NCBI GenBank assembly: GCA_963723515.1
Contig: CAVRQT010000002.1
Coordinates: 576,001 to 640,000 of the forward strand
Direction: 5' to 3'
DNA: 64,000 bases
From: Vulcanimicrobiota bacterium
GTDB taxonomy: Bacteria > Vulcanimicrobiota > Vulcanimicrobiia > Vulcanimicrobiales > Vulcanimicrobiaceae
Position 1 is the first letter of the stretch. Each line of letters begins with the position of its first letter. Shown piece by piece: positions 11,418 through 22,171 of this stretch. The position numbers and the translations under genes were made by a program. Under the pieces are notes generated by a model. That model worked only from the letters and a program-made list of their open reading frames with translations. It did not search any database and was not told where the DNA came from.

Positions 11418-12319
11418 CGGTCGCCGCCATTCGCGCGCAGCGCCGATTTGATTCCCGAAACATAGTGATATTGCTGCACCAAGTTGCGCGCAAATGCGGA
11501 AGTCTCCGCCCGGCGGTCGAGGTATTGCAAGAATCGCGGCATCTTTTCGACGAGCGAATGGAGGCCGAGCGAAAGCGGCGTCATGCCGAGATTCGCCATG
11601 ACCGCGAAATCGGGGTGCTTGCGGTAAAAGCGTACCGTCGATCGGCCGGCGAGCTCCATCTTTTGCTTTTGATCCTCGTGAGGCACATCTTGAAGATGGT
11701 AGTTGACCGCGCGCGGCTCATAGACAATGACTATGCCGGCACGCCGGAGACGATAGCCAAGCTCGAGATCCTCATGACCGTAGCCGGTGAAATTTTCATC
11801 GAAGCATCCGACGCGCAACAGGTCGGCGCGACGCACGGATGCATTCCCAGTCAGGAAGTAAAGCCAAGATAAGCGTTTTCGACGCTCGGGATGCAGCGGG
11901 TCCCGCGATTGCGGATCGTCGCGCTTCCTTCGATACTCATCGCGCGTGCGCGCCTGAACTTCTTGTCCGACGACCGCGATGTTTTCTTGCTGCCGATGGC
12001 GCTCGAGATGTCGCGAGAGCAGATCGCGGGACGCAATGATGTCCGCGTCGTTAAAGACGACGATCTCGCCGGCGGCTGCGCCAATACCGGCATTTCGCGC
12101 GGCGGCGCGTCCGGAATACGCTCCGGGCAAGTGGCGAACGTTGCGGGCGACCGGCGCGATCGCTGCAAAGAATTCCGCAGTTCCGTCATTCGAGAGTGAA
12201 TCCGCCACGATGATCTCGTATCGGCTCCGCTCGAGATCCTGATCGAGCAGCGACGGGAGCACGTACTCGAGCGTTTCGAGCCGGTTGTACGTCGGAATGA
12301 CGACCGACGCTTCGATCAT
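11414..12319 (-). CDS. Glycosyltransferase family 2
   Basis: [12 protein letters not shown] and GHEDLELG motifs. Confidence 0.9.
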   Translation of the reverse strand: MIEASVVIPTYNRLETLEYVLPSLLDQDLERSRYEIIVADSLSNDGTAEFFAAIAPVARNVRHLPGAYSGRAAARNAGIGAAAGEIVVFNDADIIASRDLLSRHLERHRQQENIAVVGQEVQARTRDEYRRKRDDPQSRDPLHPERRKRLSWLYFLTGNASVRRADLLRVGCFDENFTGYGHEDLELGYRLRRAGIVIVYEPRAVNYHLQDVPHEDQKQKMELAGRSTVRFYRKHPDFAVMANLGMTPLSLGLHSLVEKMPRFLQYLDRRAETSAFARNLVQQYHYVSGIKSALRANGGDR

Positions 12320-13302
12320 GCTTCAATCAACGTCGCGACTCCGGCAACGACGTCGGAGCGCAATTTTTGGAGCTCATTTGCGCTTTCCCCGGATGGTTTG
12401 CGCACGATGGCGTGGGGAACGCGATACGGCGCCCACTCCCGGGAGCTCAGCGAGAAGAACCGGTGCTCAAACGCGACGACCGAGGGTTTGTGCATGGCGC
12501 TTGCAACGTGCGTGGCTCCGGTATCGACCGTCACGATGCAGCGCGCGCGCTCGAACGCCGCCGCCCACTCATGAAACGCTAAGTCGCCGGCGACGGCATC
12601 GACGACATTAGCGCGGGAAATCAGCATCGCTTGCGCTCGATGCTCAGGGGCATGCGTTAGAACGATCGGCAGGTTGAATCTGCGCAGCGCTCGCAGCAGC
12701 GCGATCGTATTTTCGAGCGTGCTTCCCGACCGAAGCCAATGCTCCGCCAGATGAAAGGTCAGCGAATTCATCGGCAGATGCGCAACCGCGTTCCGATCGC
12801 GATCGGTGACGTCAATGCGCAACTCTTCAACGCGGCGCGTTGCGCCTGCCCGAGCAACGAGATCGAGCAGCTCGTCAACTTCGTGCCGAACCGGATGCTC
12901 CGGATGGCGATCGATCAACCAAGGATCGGCATTCGAAAGCGCGAGATCCGTTAAGTATAGGCGGCCGGTCAAACGCGCGAAGTAGCGTCGCACGTATGTG
13001 TAGCCGATCCGCTTCGGCGCGCGCGTTGCTGCAACGATCGCATAGTCCGCCGCGCGCGGCGCCAACGCGATCGCGACATCGACGCGTCCCCGAAACGCAG
13101 AAGCGAATCTCGATGGACGTTGGCCACGCGGAACCTCGAGGACGGCATCGAGGTTCGGATCACGCTCGACAGCAACGCGATTGTACGGACTCGTAACGAT
13201 CGTGATGCGCGCATTTGGAAAAGATGCGCGTACCGTTGCAATCGCCGGCGTGCTCAAGATCAGATCGCCGATGCGATCCGTTCGCGAAAGGAAGATGTGC
13301 AC
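12316..13302 (-). CDS. Glycosyltransferase family 9 (heptosyltransferase-like)
   Basis: RTDRIGDLIL and VDTGATHVASA motifs. Confidence 0.88.
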   Translation of the reverse strand: MHIFLSRTDRIGDLILSTPAIATVRASFPNARITIVTSPYNRVAVERDPNLDAVLEVPRGQRPSRFASAFRGRVDVAIALAPRAADYAIVAATRAPKRIGYTYVRRYFARLTGRLYLTDLALSNADPWLIDRHPEHPVRHEVDELLDLVARAGATRRVEELRIDVTDRDRNAVAHLPMNSLTFHLAEHWLRSGSTLENTIALLRALRRFNLPIVLTHAPEHRAQAMLISRANVVDAVAGDLAFHEWAAAFERARCIVTVDTGATHVASAMHKPSVVAFEHRFFSLSSREWAPYRVPHAIVRKPSGESANELQKLRSDVVAGVATLIEA

Positions 13303-14214
13303 TAACGCTCAGCGGACCCACGTTGGGCGCGCTCGAGTTCATCGAAGTATGCGTCTGCCGCGAGCCGTCTCGCCGCCCAATGCTCGGTGCCGCTTCAACG
13401 GGCGGTCCGCTGCAAGCTCGCCGAGCATACGTTGGAAATAGCGCGTCGCTCCAACACCTCGGATCCACTTGTGGAGCAATCGTTGCGCCACGGTGTTTCC
13501 CGTGGCTAAGCGCGCTCGCCACACCGGATGGATCTGCTCGAGCTGCACCGCGGTCCGCGCCTGCGCCCGCGCTTGGCGAAGCATGCGCGGCACGTCGTCC
13601 TTGCGCGGCGACGGTTTGTAGTGAAATGCGATTGCGTCACGGTTGAGAATCGATCGCAGACCGTGCGCTCGCAGGCGCAAACCAACATCGATGTCTTCCC
13701 AGCCGTATTCCGAGAACTCTTCGTTGAAAGCGCCGATTTCACGGAGGCTCTCGAGCGGCACGGAGACATTGCTCGTCCAGAAAAAGTTTCCGCTGTAGTT
13801 GCGCCACGTATAGATCGGCGGGGGAAGCTCATCGAAGCTCTGCGTGTTGATTACAGCTCCCCGGATGATGTCGTGCGGGTGCTGCGCATGCAGACGGAGA
13901 TGCTCCGCGACGAAGGTCGGCACCGGCAGCACATCGTCGTCGATGAAGATGATTCGGCTTCCACGCGCCGCGGCGATGCCTGCGTTGCGTCCCCGTGCCA
14001 AACCCGAATTCTCTTGATTGATGACCGTGAACGGCACGCCGGCGTCTTCTCGCGCCCGTTCGATTACATCGAGCGTTTCGTCCGTCGATCCGTCGTTCAC
14101 GAGCACGACCTCATACACGTCTGGAGCAACGGTTTGTTCGAAACATCCTTGAAGCACGCGCTCGAGCAGCGCGGCACGGTTATAGGTACAAAGTTGAATC
14201 GTTGCCTGCGTCAT
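13302..14214 (-). CDS. Glycosyltransferase family 2, frameshift near the 3' end
   Basis: LCTYNR, NDGSTD, IDDD and YGWEDID motifs. Confidence 0.88.
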
Positions 14215-15217
14215 GCAGCGTTTCGCAGCAAACCGTCGAGCGCCGCCGCAACCCGCGGGACGTCGAGGTGAGCAATGCATGCATAGTCCGGACACGTTTC
14301 AATTCGCTCGCGCGCCCGGCAGCGGAAGCTTGCGCGCACGACCGAAACGTGCGATCCCAGCGGCGCCCAGCGATCCGGAAAATCACATTGCAGCGGAAAG
14401 ATGCCGACCGTTGGTGTGCCGACCGCAGCGGCGACGTGCATCGGACCGCTATGCATGACGACGAGAAACGAGCTGCGCTTGGCTATCGCCGCGAAGGCGC
14501 CGATCGACGTTTGACCCGCAATCGAAACGCTGCCGGTGCCCTCCGCCAAAGCGGTCGCAATCGCCGCATCGGATGCTGAACCACTGATCACGATCCGTGG
14601 CGCAAAGCGTGCTTGTAGCGTCCGGACCAATGCCTTCCAACCTTCAAGCGGCCAATGCGGCCGCCTCGCCGTCACGGCACACGTTGCATGGAGCAGCCCA
14701 AACGGCGCGCTCGATTCGGTTGCGTCCAAGCACAGTCTCGGCCGCGGTCTGATCCTGCGGCGGTGAGATTGAAACGCGGGTACTCCTCGTCGGTATCACA
14801 GCCGATCGCGCGCGCATAATCCAGCAAGATCTGCGACCAATGTGATGTCACATCCCCGCGTTCGCTTCGGACGACGACTCGATGGGTGAACAATCTGGAA
14901 TACAACCTGCGCGCTTGGCCGACTCTGATTGGAATGCGCGCCAAAAATGGGATTTCCGCAGTTCGTCGCGTCGCCCACGTCACAACTGCTGCACGATAGT
15001 TGCGTTCGCGCAGCCGCTCGGCGATTGCCGCCGCAGCAGCGCCATCGTCGACCAGCACGTGATCGATGTCCGGCACGTGTTCGAGCGTCTCGCGATGTCC
15101 CGGCAGCGTCAGCGCATCGACGGGCGCAAACCTTCGACGCAATGCGCGTGCGCACAGTGAGGCGAGCAGCGAATCACCGATCCCGCCGCCCGCGCAAACG
15201 AGAAGCGCGCTGTTCAA
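14211..15217 (-). CDS. Glycosyltransferase family 9, split by frameshift(s) near 14700-14760
   Basis: GGIGDSLL N-terminus; HSGPMHVAAAVGTP and RWAP C-terminus. Confidence 0.85.
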
Positions 15218-16179
15218 CTGCTGCGCCAGTCGCTAACCAGCTGCTGTGCGAAGCCCTCGATGCCCGCGCGATCGGTAGGGAAGGGCCGCACGATATGCGG
15301 CGCGGCCCACGGCGACCAGCGCGCCGCTTGGACGTTGAAGTTCGCGGGTCCAAAGATGTCCGTACATCGGATTCCGAGCATGCCCGCGAGATGCGCCGCA
15401 CCGGTATCCGGGGTGATCACGAAAGGCGCTGACGCTACTGCCGTCTTCCATTCCGCAACCGTGGCGAAGTAGCGCATTCGCAAGCCGGCACTCTCGCCGA
15501 TCCGTTCACCGAGCGCTCGTTCTTCGACGGAGCAAAACCCCTCAAACGGCTCGTGCGCGCAGAGCGCGGCAAACCATCTGCTCACGTCGTCCTCGTTATG
15601 CGATCCGGAAAGCCATTTACGCGTCACTTGAATCACCGGAACATCTTGTTGCGGCGCCGGCGATTCGAGCAGAAGGCCTCGAAAGCGCTGCGGATCCTTC
15701 GGCGGCTGTGATTCCGCCGTAAGCGAACGCCCGAGGTCATACATTACTTCGACCTCATGCCGCGGATGTGAAGGATGCGCCGGACGGTACATCGCGCTTG
15801 TCAACTGACGGCGGACCCAAAACGACTTGAACGGTTTCTGGAAGCCGTTGTGAAAGCCGCGCCGATCCGGAACCTCGGCCCGGCGCGCAAAGATGTAGGC
15901 GGCGGGCAGCTCGGAGGCGATCAACGCAATGTCGTATCGCTGTCGGCGGGCTTGCGGCAGCGCGCGATCCCATGTTTCCTTTGTGTAGTCGTGCTTCGGC
16001 CATGGGATTCGCTCGACAACGTGCACGTGCTCGAAGGTGCCGGGCGCAAATATCTCCGCGTTGCGCGTCGTCAATAGGGCGCTAAGCGAATGGCCGGCCG
16101 CGCGTAACGATGCGATCAGCGGCACACATGCCAGCGCATCCCCAATGCCGTCAACCCGAATCAACAGGATTCGGCTTAT
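15214..16179 (-). CDS. Glycosyltransferase family 9; probable ATA start
   Basis: RILLIRVDGIGD, PDTGAAHLAG and RWSP motifs. Confidence 0.85.
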   Translation of the reverse strand: MSRILLIRVDGIGDALACVPLIASLRAAGHSLSALLTTRNAEIFAPGTFEHVHVVERIPWPKHDYTKETWDRALPQARRQRYDIALIASELPAAYIFARRAEVPDRRGFHNGFQKPFKSFWVRRQLTSAMYRPAHPSHPRHEVEVMYDLGRSLTAESQPPKDPQRFRGLLLESPAPQQDVPVIQVTRKWLSGSHNEDDVSRWFAALCAHEPFEGFCSVEERALGERIGESAGLRMRYFATVAEWKTAVASAPFVITPDTGAAHLAGMLGIRCTDIFGPANFNVQAARWSPWAAPHIVRPFPTDRAGIEGFAQQLVSDWRSS

Positions 16180-17052
16180 TGGTGCAACCCGCGCTGCAGC
16201 TCATGCACGTACATCCCATCCAGCAATTGATGCCGCGCGACGGCTCGGATCATCGGCGGCACTCGCTCGTCGGCGGCAAAGCCCGCGTACAACGGCAAGA
16301 GCCACTTTGGCGCCAGCGCTCGAGCACGCCAAAAATTCCACGCGTGCGCTCCAGTCGCTAAACGCGCACGACGCGATTGATTTTTTCGAATGAAACGAGC
16401 CGCCATCTGAGCCTTCTCTAACGTGCGTACGAGCGTCGCATCGAGCGTTTGTTCTGCCGGCGGCTTGATGTGATAGAGGTAAGCATCCCAGCAGAATTTG
16501 GCACGGACGCCGCGTTCACGCAGTCGCACGCCCAGCTCCGTATCTTCCCACCCGTAAAGATAAAATTGCTCGTCGAAGCCGCGGACCTCGCGCAGTGCGC
16601 TCAATCGCACCGAGACGTTGCACGTGCAGAAGAACGCTCGCGAAAAGTTGGCCAGCGTCGGCTTCGGCCGATCGTGGTAGGTCGGTACGTTGATAATCGG
16701 CCCCGAAACCGCCGTCGCCTTACGGCCGCTGTGCGCTCGCGCGTGCGCTGCGAGAAATGCCGGCCGGAAGCCAGACATCGTCATCAAGAAAGAGAGCGAT
16801 ATCGCCCTGGGCCACGGAGATCCCGCGGTTGCGCGCCGCAGCACGGTTTGGGCGCTCTTCATAGACGTACGAGATCTCAAAGCCGTAGGCGTCCCGTGCT
16901 CGTTCCACGATCTGCGGCGTGGCATCGGTCGAGCCGTTATCCACGACGATCACCTCAAATGATGGAGCACCGATCTGCTCGCAAAGCGATCGCAAAGCCT
17001 GATCGAGATACTCCGCGCGATCCTTGCTTGCGATGATCAGCGTGAGCTGCAC
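16176..17052 (-). CDS. Glycosyltransferase family 2, frameshift near 16765
   Basis: VVDNGSTD, AARNRG, LDDD and YGWEDTELG motifs. Confidence 0.85.
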
Positions 17053-18305
17053 TAGTTGAGGGCCGCGGCCGGTAGCAAGCACTCCAAGATACCGCTCGCC
17101 ATTCGCTCGGAAGCGCCGACGTGTTCCTCGTAGAGCCCTCTCAACCGCGTCCGGCTCTCGCGCAGCCAAGCTGCGTCGTCGTAGTACCGCAAAGCGACGC
17201 GAGCGACTTGGCCGGGCGTCAAGGTGCCGCGCAACTCCGGCACGAGCGGAGATTGCACGTCGATGTTCGGTTGCGCCAGAAACGGAAACCGTTTTCCCGC
17301 CGCAAGCACCGCGGCTCGTTTGAGCGAGATGCCGACAATTGGAATGCGATCGAGATAGGTCAGCGGCCCGTTGATCGCAATCATTTCGGGCGCATTTGCC
17401 GTCGCGCAGGAAACCATTGGCGTGCCGAGCGCGGCCAGCTCGATCGTCTTGGTTCCCGGAATCGTCAGCGCAAGCCGTGCCGATTTGGCGGCCGCAAGCG
17501 CGTTTTGCACGATCGGAAAACGCGACCGCTCCTCAACGTCGCAGAGAAACGCCGCGCCGCCGCTTTGAATCAGATCGCCTTTGAAGGCGAAGAATCTCGG
17601 ATCGCCGCCGGATCGAACCGCTTCGCGCACTTCTTCGAGCGCAGTGAACGGGGAAATTCCAAAAGTGATCGGCAGATCCGGCCGTTTCTCGCGAATGCGC
17701 AGCGCGACGGTTAAGAAGAACGGATACAGCTGCGCGACCTGCGCGCGATGCGAGCCCGGCATGATGAGGATACCGTCGGGCGCAGCGGCTTGCGCGCCGT
17801 TCATCTCCGCTTCAAGAAGCGCGCCGTCGATCGCAAGGTTGCCGGCCAGCACGATGCGGTCGCGATGAACGCGCCAGCGCACCAGCTGCTGAACGTTGGC
17901 CATGTCAACGGCAAACGCGCGCACGAACAAGTCGCGGTAACGCGGGCGCGAAAATTTGTAGGTTAACGCGCGGGCCGAAAAACGTCTTGCCAGGCGCGCC
18001 GCGTGCATCAGATCTCCGCCCAGATACTGCACGACGTCAAAGGCGGCCGGCAGGCCCGCCACTTTTCGACCGAGCGCGATTCGAACGTACGCTCTCGCGT
18101 CATACACAGCGGCCTGCGGAAACATCGCCCGTGCAACATCCGGCTCTCTACCCGTCGCATAGTCGTCAGGAACAAAGAAGAGATGGACGTTTAGGTCGGG
18201 CGCTTGTTCGAAGAGCCGAACGAGCAACGGACGAGCCCATCCCGCAAATTCGCCCGGACCATTGCACGTGATCGCAAGAGTCGGCGCTCGATTTTCAGCC
18301 GCCAT
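17052..18305 (-). CDS. Lipid-A-disaccharide synthase (LpxB)-related glycosyltransferase
   Basis: NGPGE, MPGS, PGTKTIELAALGTP and PNI...VPEL motifs. Confidence 0.7.
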   Translation of the reverse strand: MAAENRAPTLAITCNGPGEFAGWARPLLVRLFEQAPDLNVHLFFVPDDYATGREPDVARAMFPQAAVYDARAYVRIALGRKVAGLPAAFDVVQYLGGDLMHAARLARRFSARALTYKFSRPRYRDLFVRAFAVDMANVQQLVRWRVHRDRIVLAGNLAIDGALLEAEMNGAQAAAPDGILIMPGSHRAQVAQLYPFFLTVALRIREKRPDLPITFGISPFTALEEVREAVRSGGDPRFFAFKGDLIQSGGAAFLCDVEERSRFPIVQNALAAAKSARLALTIPGTKTIELAALGTPMVSCATANAPEMIAINGPLTYLDRIPIVGISLKRAAVLAAGKRFPFLAQPNIDVQSPLVPELRGTLTPGQVARVALRYYDDAAWLRESRTRLRGLYEEHVGASERMASGILECLLPAAALN

Positions 18306-18804
18306 CGGCGTAGCGCTTGAGGATCGTTGCAATCAGGGACGTCGTGCTGACGCCGCTCACATGGGGCGCCAGCGCAATCGTTCCGCCGTGAGCGAGGACC
18401 ACGGTGCGTTCCGGCAGCTCATCCTCACGATATTGTGCGCTCTTGACGTGGACATCCGGTTCAATGCGATTGAGAATGACCTCGGGAGTCACTTCCGAGA
18501 AGCCGACCACCGCATCGACGCTACGCAAAGCACAGAGAATCCGAGCACGCTCTTCAAAGGGCATCAGCGGACGGCGTTCACCCTTGAGCTTGCGCACCGA
18601 TGCATCGGTATTTAAGCCGACGATCAATGCATCGCCCTGACTGCGCGCCCACGCCAGATATTCGACGTGACCCGCGTGAAGCAGATCGAAGCAGCCGTTG
18701 GTAAAGACAACGCGCTGGTGCGCTGCGCGCCGCGATTGACGCCATGCTACGGCGCCGTCTACGTCAAGAAGAGGAGCGAAGAGGTCAGCCGGCTTGGAAA
18801 CCAT
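18295..18804 (-). CDS. rfaE2: D-glycero-beta-D-manno-heptose 1-phosphate adenylyltransferase
   Basis: FTNGCFDLLHAGH, GLNTDASV and STT motifs. Confidence 0.92.
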   Translation of the reverse strand: MVSKPADLFAPLLDVDGAVAWRQSRRAAHQRVVFTNGCFDLLHAGHVEYLAWARSQGDALIVGLNTDASVRKLKGERRPLMPFEERARILCALRSVDAVVGFSEVTPEVILNRIEPDVHVKSAQYREDELPERTVVLAHGGTIALAPHVSGVSTTSLIATILKRYADGG

Positions 18805-19781
18805 GGTCGATCAGCGCTAGAATTTCATCGGCTGATGCGGTCGCCGTGCCAAGCTTCTCGACGACGGCACCAGCCGCAAAATTGGCAAGCTGCAGCGCAA
18901 GTTCCGCAGTTGCTCCAGCCGCAAATGCGAGCGTGAGCACCGCCACAGCGGTATCGCCTGCGCCGCTGACGTCATAGACGGTTCGCGCGACCGCGGGCAC
19001 ATGCAACTGCGAGGTCATCCCTCGAGAAGAGCGCCATCCCGCGTTCACCGCGCGTGATGACGACATACCGGCAGCGCAAGCGCGTAAGCAGCGTTTGGGC
19101 AACGCGTTCCAACGACGCATCGTCGGTAATGCGAAGACCGGTCGCGATCTCCGCTTCATGCATGTTGGGCGCGACGCACGATACGCCCTCAAAGAGTGCC
19201 ATGTTCTGCGGTTTCGGATCGACGACGACGAGCGGCGCGGCGAGCGCTGCTTCGACGACCTCGCGCGAAACGAGTCCCTTGCCGTAATCGCTAATGACGA
19301 CCGCATCAACGTCTCGTGCATGCGTTCGCACGAGCCCAGCGATACGCTCGCTATCACCCCGCGACAGTGCAGTCGTCGACTCCCAATCCGCGCGAACGAC
19401 TTGCTGGCTGTGTGCGACGATCCGCGTCTTTCGCGTGGTCGGACGATCGTTCACGGTGACAATCCCGTCGCGCCGAACGCCGATGCCGTCAAGCAGAGCC
19501 GTCATACGTTGCGCAAGCTCGTCGTCCCCAGCGGCGCCGACGAGTTGCACGCTGGCGCCGAGCGCGCGCAAATTGTTCGCAACATTGCCGGCGCCGCCGA
19601 GAGTGAACGAGTGATCGTCCACATTGACGACAGGGACCGGCGCCTCAGGAGAGATGCGCGTCACGGTGCCCCAAATCCACTCATCGACCATCGCATCTCC
19701 GATTACCATGATGTTTCGGTTCCGCATGCGATCGAAAAGCATCCGCGCATCGGGCGGCGCGAGCAGCGGCGCGGTGCTCAC
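18785..19781 (-). CDS. rfaE1: D-glycero-beta-D-manno-heptose-7-phosphate kinase, frameshifted near 19015-19050
   Basis: RISPEAPVPVV, GGAGNVA, SDYGKG and DVSGAGDT motifs. Confidence 0.92.
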
Positions 19782-20371
19782 GGCGAAGCGATCAACTGCT
19801 GTTCGACGAGGTCGCAGATGATGTGACCCATCGCGATGTGCACCTCTTGCACGAGGGCGGCATAGCCTTCAGGACCGATCAAGGCGAGATCCGCCGATTG
19901 CGCCGCCGGGCCGCCGCCGTTTCCGCTGAAGGCTACCGTCACGGCGCCTCGCTTCCGCGCTTCCTCGAGCCCGGCGAGAATATTTTTCGACTTCCCGCTC
20001 GTTGTAATGCCGATCACGACGTCGCCGGGTTGGACGAACGCTTCAATCTGTCGCGCGAAGACGCGATCGTAGCCGTAATCGTTGCTGATCGCCGTGACGG
20101 CTGACGGATTGACCGAGAGTGACTCCGATGGATACGCGCGACGCTCACGCAAAAATCGTCCGCTGAATTCCGCAGCCAGATGCTGCGCATCGGCGGCGCT
20201 GCCGCCGTTTCCCATCCAGAGCACTTTTCGTCCCGAACGAAATGCGGCTACCAATGCGTCGACGATCGCCGCCACTTGGTTGCGATAGTGTGGCGCTTCC
20301 AAGAGGCCCTTGCGCTCCGAAAGCAACTGGTCAAAGCCACGCTGTTCGATCACGCTGACGGCTCGATCCAA
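19778..20371 (-). CDS. gmhA: Phosphoheptose isomerase
   Basis: GNGGSAADAQH, NDYGY, TSGKS and QEVHI motifs. Confidence 0.95.
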   Translation of the reverse strand: MDRAVSVIEQRGFDQLLSERKGLLEAPHYRNQVAAIVDALVAAFRSGRKVLWMGNGGSAADAQHLAAEFSGRFLRERRAYPSESLSVNPSAVTAISNDYGYDRVFARQIEAFVQPGDVVIGITTSGKSKNILAGLEEARKRGAVTVAFSGNGGGPAAQSADLALIGPEGYAALVQEVHIAMGHIICDLVEQQLIASP

Positions 20372-20784
20372 ATCATATCCTCGCCCAGTGAGACGAGCTC
20401 TCCGTTTTCCGGAATGATGCGTGTGACGACGCCCGCATAGTCAGAAGTGATTTCGTTCATCAACTTCATCGCTTCGATGATGCAAACGACTTGGCCAACC
20501 GTCACGCGATCGCCGGCCTTGACGAACGGTTCGGCCCCCGGAGAGGCCGCGGTGTAAAAGACGCCGACAAGCGGCGCGGTGATCCGTTGCACGTTCGCGG
20601 GAGGCTGTGCCGCGGACTGGGTTGCCGTAACCGGCTGCGGAACTTTGGCTGGAACCTCCGCATCAGCGGACGGACTGCGCCGCACGAGTTCAAAGATCTG
20701 GTCGCCGAGCTTGACCTTCAGCGCATCCAGGTCGTGCTCGTGCATGATCGCCAGCAACTCTTTGATCTTCTCCTGCTCGTTCAA
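20350..20784 (-). CDS. accB: Acetyl-CoA carboxylase biotin carboxyl carrier protein. Probable TTG start at 20784; the frame is also open upstream into the repeat element.
   Basis: APLVGVFY and IIEAMKLMNEI biotinylation motif. Confidence 0.93.
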   Translation of the reverse strand: MNEQEKIKELLAIMHEHDLDALKVKLGDQIFELVRRSPSADAEVPAKVPQPVTATQSAAQPPANVQRITAPLVGVFYTAASPGAEPFVKAGDRVTVGQVVCIIEAMKLMNEITSDYAGVVTRIIPENGELVSLGEDMIWIEPSA

Positions 20785-20788
20785 TTCC

Positions 20789-20896
20789 AAGGCGCTCCGT
20801 TCTAAACTCCGCGCCCCCCAGCCGAGCTGGGGCCCCCAAACCATCGCTCCCTCACAATCATTGTTGAGTCCTAATTCCCCGTGGGGTCGCGTAAAA
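20789..20896 (-). repeat. Dispersed fixed-spacer leader element, copy 1 (between hisS and accB)
   Basis: TTACGCGACCCCACGGGGAAT-19 nt-TGAGGGAGCGA...CCCCAGCTCGGCTGGGGGGCGC...AGAACGGAGCGCCTT; same modules at 55437-55630 and 60728-60923. Confidence 0.92.
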
Positions 20897-20901
20897 GCGC
20901 A

Positions 20902-22171
20902 TCACAGCATCTTCACAATGGCGGTCGCGGTGTCTTTTTCGTACTTAAACGGGATGTGGTGATCTTCACGCGTCGTCAGATCACGCAGAACCAGCTGGCC
21001 GCGAGTCAGTTCATCGTCTCCGGCAATGAGCGCATAACGCGCGTTATTGCGGTCAGCGATCTTCAATTGCGCTAAAAGCTTTCGATCATCGTAATCCATA
21101 AAGGCCGGCAAGCCGCCAAACTGCCGCAGATACCCAAGCAAATGCACGAGACGCTCGCGCGCCTGCGCTCCGAGCGCAACTAACTGAATGCCTGAACGCT
21201 GCACATCGCGCGAACGCTTCGCCTCATCAAGAACCATCAAAAAGCGCTCGAGGCCGAGCGCGAATCCAACGGCGGGCTCATCGGGGCCGCCCAGCGATTT
21301 GACGAGATCGTCATACCGGCCGCCGGCGCAGACCGTGTTTTGCGCCCCGAGCGCGTCGGACATCAGTTCAAACACCGTGCGCGTGTAGTAATCCAAACCG
21401 CGCACGATTTTCGGATTGACAGTAAACGGAATCTCCGCTTCTTCGAGATAGTGTTTGACCATATCGAAGTGCGCGCGGCAATCTTCGCACAGCATCGTTT
21501 CGAACGCCGGAGCGGCGGCGATGAGCGGCGCATCCTCGGGCGCCTTACTATCGAGAATTCGCAGCGGATTGCGCTCGAGACGGCGCTGTGAGTCTTCGCT
21601 CAGGTCGGAGCGATGCGCACCGAAATGCGCTTTGAGCGCCTCGCGATAGAGCGGGCCGGCATGGCCCGTCACCAATCGAGTTGACATGCAGCTTGAGCCC
21701 GCTGATTCGATATTGTCGCGCCAGCTCCCAGGCGAGTTGAATGACTTCGAAATCCGCTTCCGGTCCGCATAGCCCAAACATTCGATTCCGAATTGGTGCG
21801 ATTGCCGGAAACGTCCACGCTGCGGGCGTTCGTACCGAAAGATCGACCCGAGATAATAGAGTCGCGCCGGGCCGCCGAGAGCAGATTATTTTGCAGCGGC
21901 GGCGCGTACGACCGGAGCGGTAAACTCCGGCCGCAGCGTCAGACTGCGTCCGCCGCGATCGGTGAACGTGTACATCTCTTTTTCGACGATATCGGTGAGT
22001 CTCACCAACTCCGCGCACGAAGAGTTCCGTCGCTTCAAAGAGCGGCGTGCGAATCTCTCCGTAGCCAAAGCCATGCGCCAGTTCGTGAATGCGCGCCTCA
22101 AGCTCTTGCCAGCGTCCGCTCAGCGGGGGAATGACGTCCTGCGTCCCGCGCGGTGCAGTCAAATTCGGCAT
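20902..22171 (-). CDS. hisS: Histidine--tRNA ligase, several frameshifts
   Basis: [43 protein letters not shown] and GFALGLER motifs. Confidence 0.95.

Noticed and set aside
20350..20904. hisS-accB fusion by TGA readthrough (the frame stays open after the hisS stop)
   Set aside because: HisS is complete at the stop, there is no recognisable SECIS-like signal, and a 1-nt error or chance explains the frame.
9653..22171. Pseudogene or programmed-frameshift calls for split genes
   Set aside because: Essential single-copy genes are affected, there are no slippery-site patterns, and the flanking protein sequence is undegraded.
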